A DNA stretch of 34,965 nucleotides from Lentisphaeria bacterium (GCA_007130365.1 SLSR01000233.1:1-34965); one strand, 5' to 3'. Numbered from the stretch's first letter, positions 1 to 8,660 are shown. Notes: generated from the letters alone by a model not told the origin. Numbers and translations: made by a program.

Positions 1-2302
1 AGCCCCCGAGAATCCTGGCCTGGGAGTCGCGCGGCGGGCGTTCCATGATGCCGGGTTCGGAAGGCTCAAAGGCGAGGGCCAGAGCCAGGGTGACGGCCGT
101 CACCATGTTGACCCAGAGGATTTGCACGGGTGTCAGGGGCAGGATCCAGCCGAAGGCGACCGCGATCAGAATGACCAAAGCCTCGGCCCCATTGGTCGGC
201 AGGATAAAAAGGATGGCTTTGCGCAGGTTGTCGTAAATGGTTCTTCCCTCTTCAACGGCGCGCTCGATGGAGGCAAAATTATCATCGGCGAGCACGATGT
301 CGGCGGCCTCCTTGGTGGCCTCCGTTCCTTTGATGCCCATCGCCACGCCGACATCCGCCCGCTTTAAGGCTGGCGCGTCGTTGACCCCGTCACCGGTCAT
401 GGCCACCACCTCTCCGTTGGCCTGAAGGGCCTGGACCAGGCGCAGCTTGTGCTCCGGGCTGGTGCGGGCAAAAATATCGTATTGCTGCACGAGCTTCTGG
501 AGGGTCGCATCGTCAGCCGTTTCCAGCTCCGCCCCGGCAATGGCGCTGTGATTATCGGACAACCCCATTTCACGACCGATGGCGCAGGCCGTGCCGGCAT
601 GATCCCCGGTGATCATCTTGACCTGGATCCCGGCGGACCGGCACTTGGCGATGGCCTCAATCGCCTCTGGCCGGGGCGGGTCGACAATACCGACCAGGCC
701 CAGAAAAACCATTCCCCGATCAAGATCATCGACGGCCAGCGTGTCCGTGGTGGCCGGAGCCTCGCGACTGGCCGCTGCCAGAACCCGCAGCCCCTGGCCG
801 CCCAAGGTGTCGATCCAGCGATCCCAGTACTCGCGGTCCAGGGGCACCAGTTGGCCGGCGGCATCGCGCTGCCGGTCGCAACGGTCGAGGAGCCGGTCGG
901 GCGCACCCTTCATCAGAATCGCGGGGGATGGCCCGTCCGGCAGGCGACTGAGGGTCGCCATGAATTTTTGCTCGGAATCGAAAGGGATCGCCGCCAGGCG
1001 CTGATAGGGGGTGTGGTCGAAACCGGCTTTTTGGGCCAGAGCGCACAGGGCACCCTCGGTAGGCTCGCCAACGACAACCCATTGGCCGTCCTTTTGAGCG
1101 ATCTCAGAGTCATTGCAGACAGCCATGGCTTCGATCAGGGCGCGGATATCCTGATTTGCCTCAAGCGGTGCGGTCTCTCCGTCGAAAGTGATGGCTCCGT
1201 CCGGGCTGTAGCCCAGCCCCGTCACCTGATAGTCCCGATGATGGGTGATGACCTGGCGGGCGGTCATTTCGTTGCGGGTCAGCGTTCCCGTCTTATCCGA
1301 GCAAATCACGGTGACCGAGCCGAGGGTTTCGACCGAAGTCAGTTGGCGGGTAATGGCGTTCCGCCGGGCCATGCTTTGCACGCCAATGGCCAGGGTGATG
1401 GTCAAGATGGCGGGCAGGCCTTCCGGTATGGCGGCCACCGCGAAGCCGATGGCGGCAAAGAAAAGCTCGCCGACGGCATAGTCGTGCAGGAGCCAGCCGA
1501 CCCCGAACAGCGCCGCCGCCATCACCACAATCACCACCGACAAGGATTTGGAGAATGCCGCCATCTGCCGCGTGAGCGGGGTCGCCAGGGTCTGGACTTC
1601 GGCGATCATGGTATTGATCCTGCCGATTTCCGTGGCGGATCCGGTGGCGGTCACGATGCCGGTCGCTCGACCGCCCGTCACGATGCCGCCGGAAAAGGCC
1701 ATGCCGGTGCGGTCGCCGACCCCGGCCTCGGGGGCGACGGAGCCGGTGGCTTTGGCGGAAGGAACGGATTCGCCGGTCAGAGCCGCCTCCTCGATGCGGA
1801 GGTTGTTGGCTTCCAGCAATCGGAGGTCGGCCGGCACCCGGTCGCCCGGGCGGAGACCAACGATGTCGCCTGGCACCAGGCTTTCGGCTTCGATTTCGCG
1901 CCACTCCCCGCCGCGCTTGACCCGAGCATGGGCCGACAACATCTTCTTAATGCCGGCGAGGGCTTGCTCGGCCTTGCCCTCTTGCAGCAGGCCGATGAAG
2001 GCATTGATCACGACCACCGCCATAATCACCGCCGTATCGATCCAATGGCCGAGGGCGCCGGTGATTGCGGCGGCTCCGATCAAAAGGTAGATCAGGGTGT
2101 CGTGAAAGTGCTTAAGAAAACGCTTCAGGAGACTATCCCTGGCACCCTGGGGGAGTCGGTTGGAGCCGACGATCTCCAGGCGGCGCTTGACCTCATCCTG
2201 GCTCAACCCGTCCGGGCTGCTGTTAAGCTCGGCCAGCACCGCATCGGCCGCCAGGGCGTGGGCGCTGAGCACTCGGAAGTTCTTGGTTGGGTCTGAAGTC
2301 AT
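1..2302 (-). CDS. Cation-translocating P-type ATPase (P2-type, Ca2+/Mg2+-like); 3' end runs off the left edge
   Basis: Absent from the ORF track because its stop lies outside the window. Reverse-strand reading from ATG 2302-2300 gives MTSDPTKNFRVLSAHALAADAVLAEL... In frame with that start are the DKTGTLT phosphorylation motif (Asp codon 1297-1295), PEGLPA, and the GDGVNDAPALK hinge (Gly codon 394-392). The + strand ORF 449-2296 is its antisense shadow. Confidence 0.9.
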   Translation of the reverse strand, partial: MTSDPTKNFRVLSAHALAADAVLAELNSSPDGLSQDEVKRRLEIVGSNRLPQGARDSLLKRFLKHFHDTLIYLLIGAAAITGALGHWIDTAVIMAVVVINAFIGLLQEGKAEQALAGIKKMLSAHARVKRGGEWREIEAESLVPGDIVGLRPGDRVPADLRLLEANNLRIEEAALTGESVPSAKATGSVAPEAGVGDRTGMAFSGGIVTGGRATGIVTATGSATEIGRINTMIAEVQTLATPLTRQMAAFSKSLSVVIVVMAAALFGVGWLLHDYAVGELFFAAIGFAVAAIPEGLPAILTITLAIGVQSMARRNAITRQLTSVETLGSVTVICSDKTGTLTRNEMTARQVITHHRDYQVTGLGYSPDGAITFDGETAPLEANQDIRALIEAMAVCNDSEIAQKDGQWVVVGEPTEGALCALAQKAGFDHTPYQRLAAIPFDSEQKFMATLSRLPDGPSPAILMKGAPDRLLDRCDRQRDAAGQLVPLDREYWDRWIDTLGGQGLRVLAAASREAPATTDTLAVDDLDRGMVFLGLVGIVDPPRPEAIEAIAKCRSAGIQVKMITGDHAGTACAIGREMGLSDNHSAIAGAELETADDATLQKLVQQYDIFARTSPEHKLRLVQALQANGEVVAMTGDGVNDAPALKRADVGVAMGIKGTEATKEAADIVLADDNFASIERAVEEGRTIYDNLRKAILFILPTNGAEALVILIAVAFGWILPLTPVQILWVNMVTAVTLALALAFEPSEPGIMERPPRDSQARILGG

Positions 2303-2570
2303 GGCTTTGTCAGGCTTTTGAATGGGGATTGGTTGAATTCAATGGCACGATTTAAAGATTGGTTTTCATGCAACCGTGGACGGCGTCTAATCAATCGGCA
2401 GCTTTTAAGTCAAATATTGAGGTTCTTTCTCACTTTGAGTGGGTAGCTTGTTTCAATTCACATTCAGAAATGATGCATTGCTCCTGACACCTGAAACCAA
2501 GCTGTTACCCACAAAATCTAAGAAAAAACTATTAGCAACCCATTCGTTTTGAAAAAGAGCCAAGATTGAT

Positions 2571-3554
2571 CTATTCTGCGAGCATGGTCGCCATCTCTTC
2601 GCGCCAAAGCTCAACCCATTCCGCCTCTTCCATCGGAGCCACGAACAAGGCGAGAAAAGCCCGCCGGCTTTCATGCGTCAGACGCCGCTGCCATCGTTCC
2701 CGCCAGTCCTCGATCAAACTCCCCCGACAGTCAAGAAACTCGGCGGCAAAAGCCGCCATGGGATCAGCCTCCGGGGGATAGAACCCGCGTCGGCAGGCCG
2801 CCAGATATTCGATCCAGGCCTGCCGGTTGCGATCCCGGCGCCGCGGCTCCGGATGGTGCAGAATCCAATGAACCAGAGCCCAGGCCACGGCATAGTCGCC
2901 GCCGTCAAGCTTCCCCATGGAATCCAGCGTCAGCAGACGTGCGGGATCAAGACTCCGACCGGCTCGCATTAGCCGCCGCAAGTCGCGGGCGCGCGCCCGG
3001 TTCAACGACGGCCATACCAAACGGTTCTCGACCAGGTCGGCGACCTCGACATATCCCGCCCAACCCTCGTGCAGCCACCACGGCGCGGTGTTCAAGCGCT
3101 CGACCCCGGCCAACTCGGCAAGGGCGGGCGGCAGAACGAAGACCGTGACTCTATACAGGTGAAGATGCGCGAGTTCGTGGAGCAGCATGCGATGCGGCGA
3201 ACGCGCCCCGTCCGCACGCTGCCGCCAACGCCAAGCCGGCAAATGTATCGTGTTGCGGGGCAGATCCGCCACCGCATAGCCGCGCCGCAGACTGTCGGCA
3301 AACCTTGAGTCTGCCGGAATTTCGGCGACGCCTTGATAGACCACTACTTCGGGAGCCGCCCCGGCGGACGGCGGGAAAACACCTTCGCCCGCCTGCCGCA
3401 AGGCCTGGTCATAGGCCGCGCCCAATTCCCGCCAGTAGGCTGGCGGGGGCGGCTCCCGAACTGTCGCGCAACCGAACCATCCGAACAGACAAAGGCTCGC
3501 GCCGCATTTAAACGCTGACGAAAAAAGTTTACGCATGCCTACCGAACCCGTCAT
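2571..3554 (-). CDS. Secreted (possibly lipoprotein) gluzincin-like protein, peptidase MA / DUF1570-like
   Basis: 327-aa ORF. Hydrophobic N-terminus ends ...LCLFGWFGCA. HELAH zinc motif is followed by WWLHEGWAGY, the HExxH...EG.A arrangement of MA-clan gluzincins. Its ATG (3554-3552) overlaps the upstream stop (3553-3551) as ATGA. Confidence 0.6.
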   Translation of the reverse strand: MTGSVGMRKLFSSAFKCGASLCLFGWFGCATVREPPPPAYWRELGAAYDQALRQAGEGVFPPSAGAAPEVVVYQGVAEIPADSRFADSLRRGYAVADLPRNTIHLPAWRWRQRADGARSPHRMLLHELAHLHLYRVTVFVLPPALAELAGVERLNTAPWWLHEGWAGYVEVADLVENRLVWPSLNRARARDLRRLMRAGRSLDPARLLTLDSMGKLDGGDYAVAWALVHWILHHPEPRRRDRNRQAWIEYLAACRRGFYPPEADPMAAFAAEFLDCRGSLIEDWRERWQRRLTHESRRAFLALFVAPMEEAEWVELWREEMATMLAE

Positions 3555-4585
3555 TCAAAATAGCGGTCGCGAAGATGATTGCTCCGTCTTTCCGCCAGCG
3601 CCCGCAGGCGCGCCTCGTCGGCTCTCGGCCGTCGCCGCAGATAGGCGCGAGCCGGTTTTTCAACGCGGCGGGCAAAATCGGCGAACACCAGGCGCATCTC
3701 AACCTGCCGCCTGGTTTTCCGGGAGATCCGGCCGGTCGCCTCCGCCAGAACAAGTCCGACCCGAACCAGCCCCCGGGGCTGGCGCGGCTCCAGGCCGGCC
3801 AGGGCGAACCCATGCACGGCATCGACAATCTCGTCCTGCACGGCCAGAATGCGCGGATCGAACTCCGGATTCTCCCCCGCCCCGAGCCAGACAAAGGCGG
3901 GGTTGCCGACAACTTCGCCGGTGCCGGGCAGAGTCGTCAAGTCCAGATCGAAATATCGCCGAACCAACCGCTGCCATTCGTCCGCCGGACGTTCCGGGGG
4001 AGCCGGGAAAGGCTCCGACAGGTTGGCATCGCGATAAATCCGATTGACCAGGCCGACGCAGTTGAAGGTCAGGGGCTGCTCGCGCCAACCCTCCCAGGCA
4101 TGCAGACTGAAGGTCAGCCGCTGTTCCCGGTCGCGCTCGATCCAGGCGAGGCTCGCAGCCCGCAGCCTGGCGGCGGCGGTTTCGTCCGACTCGCCCAGGC
4201 GCAGAACCGCGACTCGGGCCGAGGCTTCGAGGCGCTCCCGCAAAGGCTCCATCAGCAAGCCTCGCCCCATGATATGCAAGGCCATCGGCGCGTCATCATC
4301 GAGCGAACGAACCACCAGAATCGCGTGCGAATAATCGCCGCCCGAACCATGGCGCGCGAACAAGGCCGAAAAAACCTCCGGCGACCGCACCAGAAGGATA
4401 TCGCCCTCCTCGAATCGCAACCCACCGTCGCCGAGCCACTGCGGCGCCGACCAGGTCGAACCGGCATCCGCCAACGCCGACGGTCCGCGCCGGTCGGCCA
4501 GACCGGCGCATCCCGAGGAAAACAGCGTTGCCGCCAGGGCGATCGTCAAAGCCGCGGCAACCGCGCCATTTTTCGATATTTCCAT
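3551..4585 (-). CDS. Predicted lipoprotein, possible permuted papain-fold (YaeF/YiiX, C92-like) hydrolase
   Basis: 344-aa ORF. N-terminus MEISKNGAVAAALTIALAATLFSSGC has a signal peptide and a lipobox-like Cys. The His-then-Cys order (GDYSHAILVV ... FNCVGLVNRIY) resembles permuted NlpC/P60-type amidases. Family call is by eye only. Its ATG (4585-4583) directly abuts the upstream TAA (4588-4586). Confidence 0.5.
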   Translation of the reverse strand: MEISKNGAVAAALTIALAATLFSSGCAGLADRRGPSALADAGSTWSAPQWLGDGGLRFEEGDILLVRSPEVFSALFARHGSGGDYSHAILVVRSLDDDAPMALHIMGRGLLMEPLRERLEASARVAVLRLGESDETAAARLRAASLAWIERDREQRLTFSLHAWEGWREQPLTFNCVGLVNRIYRDANLSEPFPAPPERPADEWQRLVRRYFDLDLTTLPGTGEVVGNPAFVWLGAGENPEFDPRILAVQDEIVDAVHGFALAGLEPRQPRGLVRVGLVLAEATGRISRKTRRQVEMRLVFADFARRVEKPARAYLRRRPRADEARLRALAERRSNHLRDRYFE

Positions 4586-5875
4586 TTAAAAGGAATAATA
4601 GCCCGCCAGCCCAAGCTTCCAGTTGTTGCCCAGGTTGCGGTTGGCCATCACGTGATCGGCCGTGACTCTGGCCGACCACTGCCCCCATTGCCCGACCAGC
4701 TCGGCCGCCGTAGCCACCCCGTCCCGGTCGTAGCCGACCGGCAGCCCCGGCGTGTACTGGTAGAGCCCGCGCAGGGCGAGCCAGCCGGCAAAGCTCTCGC
4801 CGGCATAAAGACTGCCATTCCACGAAAGCCCCACGCTATGCACCTGCAAGTAGCGGTCGCCGGTCGCCTGGCGACGGCCGCTGCCCAGGGCATAGTGGGG
4901 CTGATAGAAGTAGAGCGCGCGCAAATAACCGAGGGATGAAAGATCGCGCCCGACCGCCAAACCAAGTCCCGGCGCCAGGTACAGAGTGTCTTTGGTCAAC
5001 CCCGGGATTTCCCTTTCGTAGCGCGTCCACAGCAGCGATGCGCCGCCGAAGAAGTCGAGATCGACCTGTTCCACCGCCTGCATCAACGCCCGATAGCGAA
5101 GGTAGCCGCGCAACCCCCAGGTCTCATGATCGAGCAGGCTGTAGATTCCGCCGAGGGAAGTGGATTCCCAGGACAGCCCGGTGGCCACCAGCAGACGATC
5201 CTGCGAAAACCTGACGGCCACCTCGGTTCCCGCCGTTTTGGCCAGGACGCGCGCCCCCGAGCCGGGAAGGCGCAGACTTTTCTCGCCATAGACCGCCTCC
5301 GCCTGCACATCCGCACCCCACTCCCGCAAAACCTCGCCGGGCGGCAGATACTGACGAGATTCATCCCAAGAACCCTTAGGTCCCTGTAGTCTATATTCCT
5401 GTGGTCCAGAGATAATTAGAGCTAGGTTGATTGCGTTGAAAGCTTCAGTTTGTGCTCTTTGAATCTCAAGCAAGTTATGCCCATTCATCATGATCATATC
5501 GTTACCCAAACCATTTGGCAACGCGGAAGACTTTCTCGAAGAACTCGAAGAACCATCACTGCAATCCCCTGCCAGCGCGGCGATGACAGAATCCATCGAC
5601 CAACTGTAGCTATGGCCGTCGATCGTAAAGGAAACATGCTGTTCTCCGTCAGATTCCCAGACACAGGCCTCCTGGAAACCATCCATCCCCGGATTGTCGG
5701 CAAAATAGAAATTGCCGTCATCTCCGAGTCCCATCCAGACATTGCCGAACAGATTGCCCGGCCCCAAGGTCCAGGACGACGGCGGCGGAACAATCGCCAA
5801 CGCCGCCATCGCAGTCAGCCACAGACCCAATGCGCAACCCAAACCTACCCGCACCATACCGTTTCCTCTCTTCAT
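4586..5875 (-). CDS. Autotransporter-like outer-membrane beta-barrel protein with a very short passenger
   Basis: Track ORF 4586-6037 trimmed to the internal ATG at 5875, which is preceded by GAAAGGACAGGAAAA. Signal peptide MKRGNGMVRVGLGCALGLWLTAMAALA. About 110-aa passenger, a Ser run, a predicted linker helix (NLLEIQRAQTEAFNAINLALI), then about 270 aa of strand-like sequence ending ...NWKLGLAGYYSF (C-terminal aromatic OMP signature). Confidence 0.6.
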   Translation of the reverse strand: MKRGNGMVRVGLGCALGLWLTAMAALAIVPPPSSWTLGPGNLFGNVWMGLGDDGNFYFADNPGMDGFQEACVWESDGEQHVSFTIDGHSYSWSMDSVIAALAGDCSDGSSSSSRKSSALPNGLGNDMIMMNGHNLLEIQRAQTEAFNAINLALIISGPQEYRLQGPKGSWDESRQYLPPGEVLREWGADVQAEAVYGEKSLRLPGSGARVLAKTAGTEVAVRFSQDRLLVATGLSWESTSLGGIYSLLDHETWGLRGYLRYRALMQAVEQVDLDFFGGASLLWTRYEREIPGLTKDTLYLAPGLGLAVGRDLSSLGYLRALYFYQPHYALGSGRRQATGDRYLQVHSVGLSWNGSLYAGESFAGWLALRGLYQYTPGLPVGYDRDGVATAAELVGQWGQWSARVTADHVMANRNLGNNWKLGLAGYYSF

Positions 5876-5946
5876 TTTTCCTGTCCTTTCTTGATTTTGG
5901 CTGGTCTCCCGAAACCCGGCTGGAAACCATTCCCAGCCTGTCTTAT

Positions 5947-5974
5947 AAAATAACCGGCGTTTTTGCCAAGTCAA
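5947..5974 (-). promoter_or_regulatory. Candidate sigma70-type promoter for the barrel/hydrolase operon
   Basis: Minus strand reads TTGACT (5974-5969), a 16-nt spacer, then TATTTT (5952-5947), about 70 nt upstream of ATG 5875. It resembles the candidate tRNA-Val promoter (TTGCAA-16-TATTTT), with both -10 contexts reading GGTTATTTTAT. Confidence 0.3.
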
Positions 5975-6130
5975 GAAATACTGCGAAAAAAAACAGGTCG
6001 CACCATTTGCGCTTAAACATGAGTTCGGGCGCCCCAACTGCCACTCGCGACCACGCCAATTGCAATCGGACGGGGTCGGAATAGATTAATCTTTTGAAAC
6101 TCGACAGTCAACCCCCGGGAAATACACCAA

Positions 6131-6877
6131 ATGATATCCTACGATTTCAGTGGTCAGAACATTGTGGTCACCGGCGGCACTCGCGGCATCGGGCGCGCGA
6201 TCGCGGAAGCCTTTCTCGCGGCCGGCGGGCGGGTGGTCGCGATCTATGCCGGCAATCGGCAGGCGGCCGAAGCCTTCACCGACCACAACCGCCAGTTCGC
6301 CGACCGCCTGACCATCCGCCAGCTCGATGTCAGCGACTACGAGGCGGTGGCCGACTTCTACCAAAAGCTGGAAACCGAGATCGAGCAGCTGCATGTGCTG
6401 GTCAGCAACGCCGGCATCCGCCGCGACAATGTGGTCGGCATGATGACTCGCGACGAATGGCAGTCGGTTCTCGACACCAATCTTACCAGCCTCTATGCCA
6501 TGTCCAAGTTCGCGGTTCAGCAAATGCTCGGACATCGCTACGGACGGATCATCGCCATCACCTCGCCCTCCGGCCAACTGGGCTTCCCCGGCCAGGCCAA
6601 CTACGCGGCCAGCAAGGCGGGACAGGTGGCCTTCATCAAATCCCTGGCCCGCGAGGTCGGCCGCAAAAAGATCACGGCCAACTGCGTGTCGCCAGGCTTT
6701 ATCGACACCGACTTCATCGCCAGCCTGCCGGAGGAACAGCGCAAGGCCTATCGCCAGAACATTGCGCTGCGGCGCTTCGGAACCCCCGAGGAAGTGGCGG
6801 CCTGCGTCCTCTTCCTCGCCTGCGAGCAGGCCGCCTATGTCACCGGCTCGACCCTCCAGGTCACCGGCGGCATTTAA
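6131..6877 (+). CDS. fabG: Short-chain dehydrogenase/reductase, 3-oxoacyl-ACP reductase (FabG)-like
   Basis: 248 aa. TGGTRGIG cofactor motif, NAG, and YAASKAG catalytic Tyr/Lys motif. Typical FabG length and C-terminus (...GSTLQVTGGI). Confidence 0.85.
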   Translation: MISYDFSGQNIVVTGGTRGIGRAIAEAFLAAGGRVVAIYAGNRQAAEAFTDHNRQFADRLTIRQLDVSDYEAVADFYQKLETEIEQLHVLVSNAGIRRDNVVGMMTRDEWQSVLDTNLTSLYAMSKFAVQQMLGHRYGRIIAITSPSGQLGFPGQANYAASKAGQVAFIKSLAREVGRKKITANCVSPGFIDTDFIASLPEEQRKAYRQNIALRRFGTPEEVAACVLFLACEQAAYVTGSTLQVTGGI

Positions 6878-6998
6878 ACTGACGCGAATCAATCGGAATG
6901 ATCTGAAACACCATGGCCGAGACGGATTATCGCCCTACGGAGCAAACCCCGCAGGTCGACTATCCGAGTCGACCAAAACCACAAGGGAAAGGATTACC

Positions 6999-8246
6999 AT
7001 GAAACTGACCAAGTACTCATTCGGCATCGGCGACCGCTTCGCGAGACAGGGCAAGGCGCAACTGCAAGCCTTTGTCGAGGCGGCGGAACTGGGGCTGGAA
7101 ATCACTCCGGTCTGGAACAAGTCGCACCGCGAACACACCACCATCCACAGCACGCCCGCGACCGTGCGGGAAGAGGCCGATGCCGCGGTCGCCGCCCTCG
7201 GCTGGAGCAAGCCCTACCTTGTCGACGCCGACCACATCAACGCCGACAACCTGCACGACTTTCTCGAGCCCTCCGACTTCTTCACGCTCGACGTGGCGGA
7301 CGCGATCGGGCAGCCGTCGGCGCCCGCCCGCGTCGACCAATTCGTGCGGTCCCAGGGTTCGCTGCTCGGCAGACTGACGATCCCCGGCATCGACCGCAGG
7401 ATCGAAGTTTCCGAAAGTTTTCTCCGGCAAGTCGCCGAACAGTATCTGTTCGCGGTCGAGCAGGCGGCGGCCATCTATCGCGCGATCAAAGCCGTCAAGG
7501 GCGACGCCTGCGTTGTCGAGGTTTCGATGGACGAGACCGCCTCTCCCCAGCAGCCGGCCGAATTGTTCTTCATCCTGGCGGCCGTGGCCGAAGCCGGAAT
7601 CCCGGCCCAGACCATTGCCCCCAAGTTTTCCGGCCGCTTCAACAAGGGAGTGGACTATGTCGGCGATCCGGCCGCGTTCGAACTGGAGTTCGAAGAGGAC
7701 ACCGCAGTCGTGCGCGAGGCGGTCAAGCGGTTCGATCTGCCGGCCAACCTGAAGCTCAGCGTGCATTCCGGCAGCGACAAGTTCTCGATCTACCCCGCCA
7801 TGCGCCGGGTTATGCAGGAATTCGACAGCGGCATCCACCTGAAGACCGCCGGCACCACCTGGCTCGAAGAATGCGCGGGTCTGGCCGCCGCCGGCGGCGA
7901 CGGCCTGGCCATGGCCGGGGAAATCTACCGCCAGGCCTATCGGCGGCGCGAAGAATTGGCCCGCCCCTACGCCACCGTCATCGACATCGACGAGTCGGCC
8001 TTGCCCGACCCGCGACAAGTGGCGGACTGGGACGGCCCGACCTATGTCGCGCATCTGCGCCACGACCCAAGCGAACCCCGGTTCAACTCCGGCTTCCGGC
8101 AACTCCTGCACGTCGGCTACAAGGTGGCGGCCGAAATGGGCGACCGCTACCTGGAGGCTCTTGAGCAGAACCGGGAGGTCATCGGCGCCGGGGTTCGGGA
8201 AAACATACTCGAGCGCCATATCAAACCGCTGTTCCCGCTCGCCTGA
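6999..8246 (+). CDS. Tagaturonate/fructuronate epimerase (UxaE) family sugar epimerase
   Basis: Track ORF 6495-8246 trimmed to ATG 6999, which is preceded by AAGGGAAAGGA; the upstream part overlaps fabG. Motifs recalled from UxaE: YSFGIGDRF, LVDADHIN, SVHSGSDKFS, LKTAGTTWLE. Confidence 0.7.
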   Translation: MKLTKYSFGIGDRFARQGKAQLQAFVEAAELGLEITPVWNKSHREHTTIHSTPATVREEADAAVAALGWSKPYLVDADHINADNLHDFLEPSDFFTLDVADAIGQPSAPARVDQFVRSQGSLLGRLTIPGIDRRIEVSESFLRQVAEQYLFAVEQAAAIYRAIKAVKGDACVVEVSMDETASPQQPAELFFILAAVAEAGIPAQTIAPKFSGRFNKGVDYVGDPAAFELEFEEDTAVVREAVKRFDLPANLKLSVHSGSDKFSIYPAMRRVMQEFDSGIHLKTAGTTWLEECAGLAAAGGDGLAMAGEIYRQAYRRREELARPYATVIDIDESALPDPRQVADWDGPTYVAHLRHDPSEPRFNSGFRQLLHVGYKVAAEMGDRYLEALEQNREVIGAGVRENILERHIKPLFPLA

Positions 8247-8313
8247 CCCGATTGATTAATGCGAATTCGACCATGAGTCATTCGCGGTATGCCTATACAG
8301 CGTCATGCCTTCC

Positions 8314-8538
8314 GCCTGCCTGTGCGCCATGCCTGCGCCGCGTGTCTTGGCGCGGCAGGCAGGTCGCACATCTGCACCACACTGGCTTCGTGAATTATTC
8401 CAACGAGGCAACCGCGCCCCTGTCGGGGCGCAATAACGGAGGGGGGCAAAACCCCAGGTTGATACCTGGGGCTATTAACCTTTGACGCTTTGCGTCAACT
8501 CCCCCTCCAACCTTCGCTCCACCGGGACAAGCCCGGTG
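8314..8538. repeat. Cluster of G+C-rich hairpins in a convergent intergenic gap, including a possible three-way junction
   Basis: Imperfect long hairpin 8314-8362 (CCTGCCT/AGGCAGG outer stem, GCCGCG/CGCGGC inner stem). Further hairpins at 8413-8430 (GCGCCCC/GGGGCGC), 8451-8470 (CCCCAGG/CCTGGGG), 8481-8497 (TTGACGC/GCGTCAA) and 8518-8538 (CCACCGGG/CCCGGTGG). An 8-bp stem, GGAGGGGG (8437-8444) with CCCCCTCC (8500-8507), encloses the middle two. Confidence 0.5.
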
Positions 8539-8660
8539 GCGGCGCAATTCTACACAATCGATGGGGTTTTCATTTAGTCTTCATTCTAATGCAGGTGTCA
8601 ATGTATTCCAGAGTGGGACAACAATGCCGTTTCCGTGGCCTGTTTCTGGCTGCCGCCCGG

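Noticed and set aside
449-2296. 615-aa + strand ORF covering most of the left end
   Set aside because: This is the antisense shadow of the P-type ATPase. Its product is Gly/Arg/Ala-rich with no motifs, whereas the minus strand carries in-frame DKTGTLT, PEGLPA and GDGVNDAP. Long stop-free antisense frames are expected in G+C-rich genes with G/C-biased third positions.
2303-2570. M-box (Mg2+) riboswitch upstream of the P-type ATPase
   Set aside because: Only a vague AGGTG-containing resemblance to the remembered M-box 5' core, and no matching downstream conserved blocks. The gap is kept as an unexplained long leader, not called as a riboswitch.
5395-5530. Visibly lower-G+C patch inside the barrel gene, a possible insertion or foreign segment
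   Set aside because: The reading frame is continuous. The patch encodes the Asn/Ile/Met/Leu-rich predicted linker helix that autotransporters thread through the barrel, so amino-acid composition explains the dip. No flanking repeats were seen.
5876-6037. N-terminal extension of the barrel-protein ORF
   Set aside because: The extension lacks a signal peptide. The internal ATG 5875 is preceded by a purine-rich RBS and starts a canonical signal peptide. The extension region also holds the candidate promoter.
6495-6998. N-terminal extension of the UxaE-like ORF (the track gives 583 aa)
   Set aside because: It overlaps the FabG-like gene in another frame and translates to Pro/Arg/Ser-rich sequence. 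ATG 6999 with AAGGGAAAGGA upstream gives the family-typical N-terminus.
8252-8485. 77-aa + strand ORF in the hairpin-rich gap
   Set aside because: It runs straight through the palindromic hairpins, has no RBS, and gives an implausible Cys/Arg/Ala-rich product. It is most likely a by-product of G+C-rich repeats.
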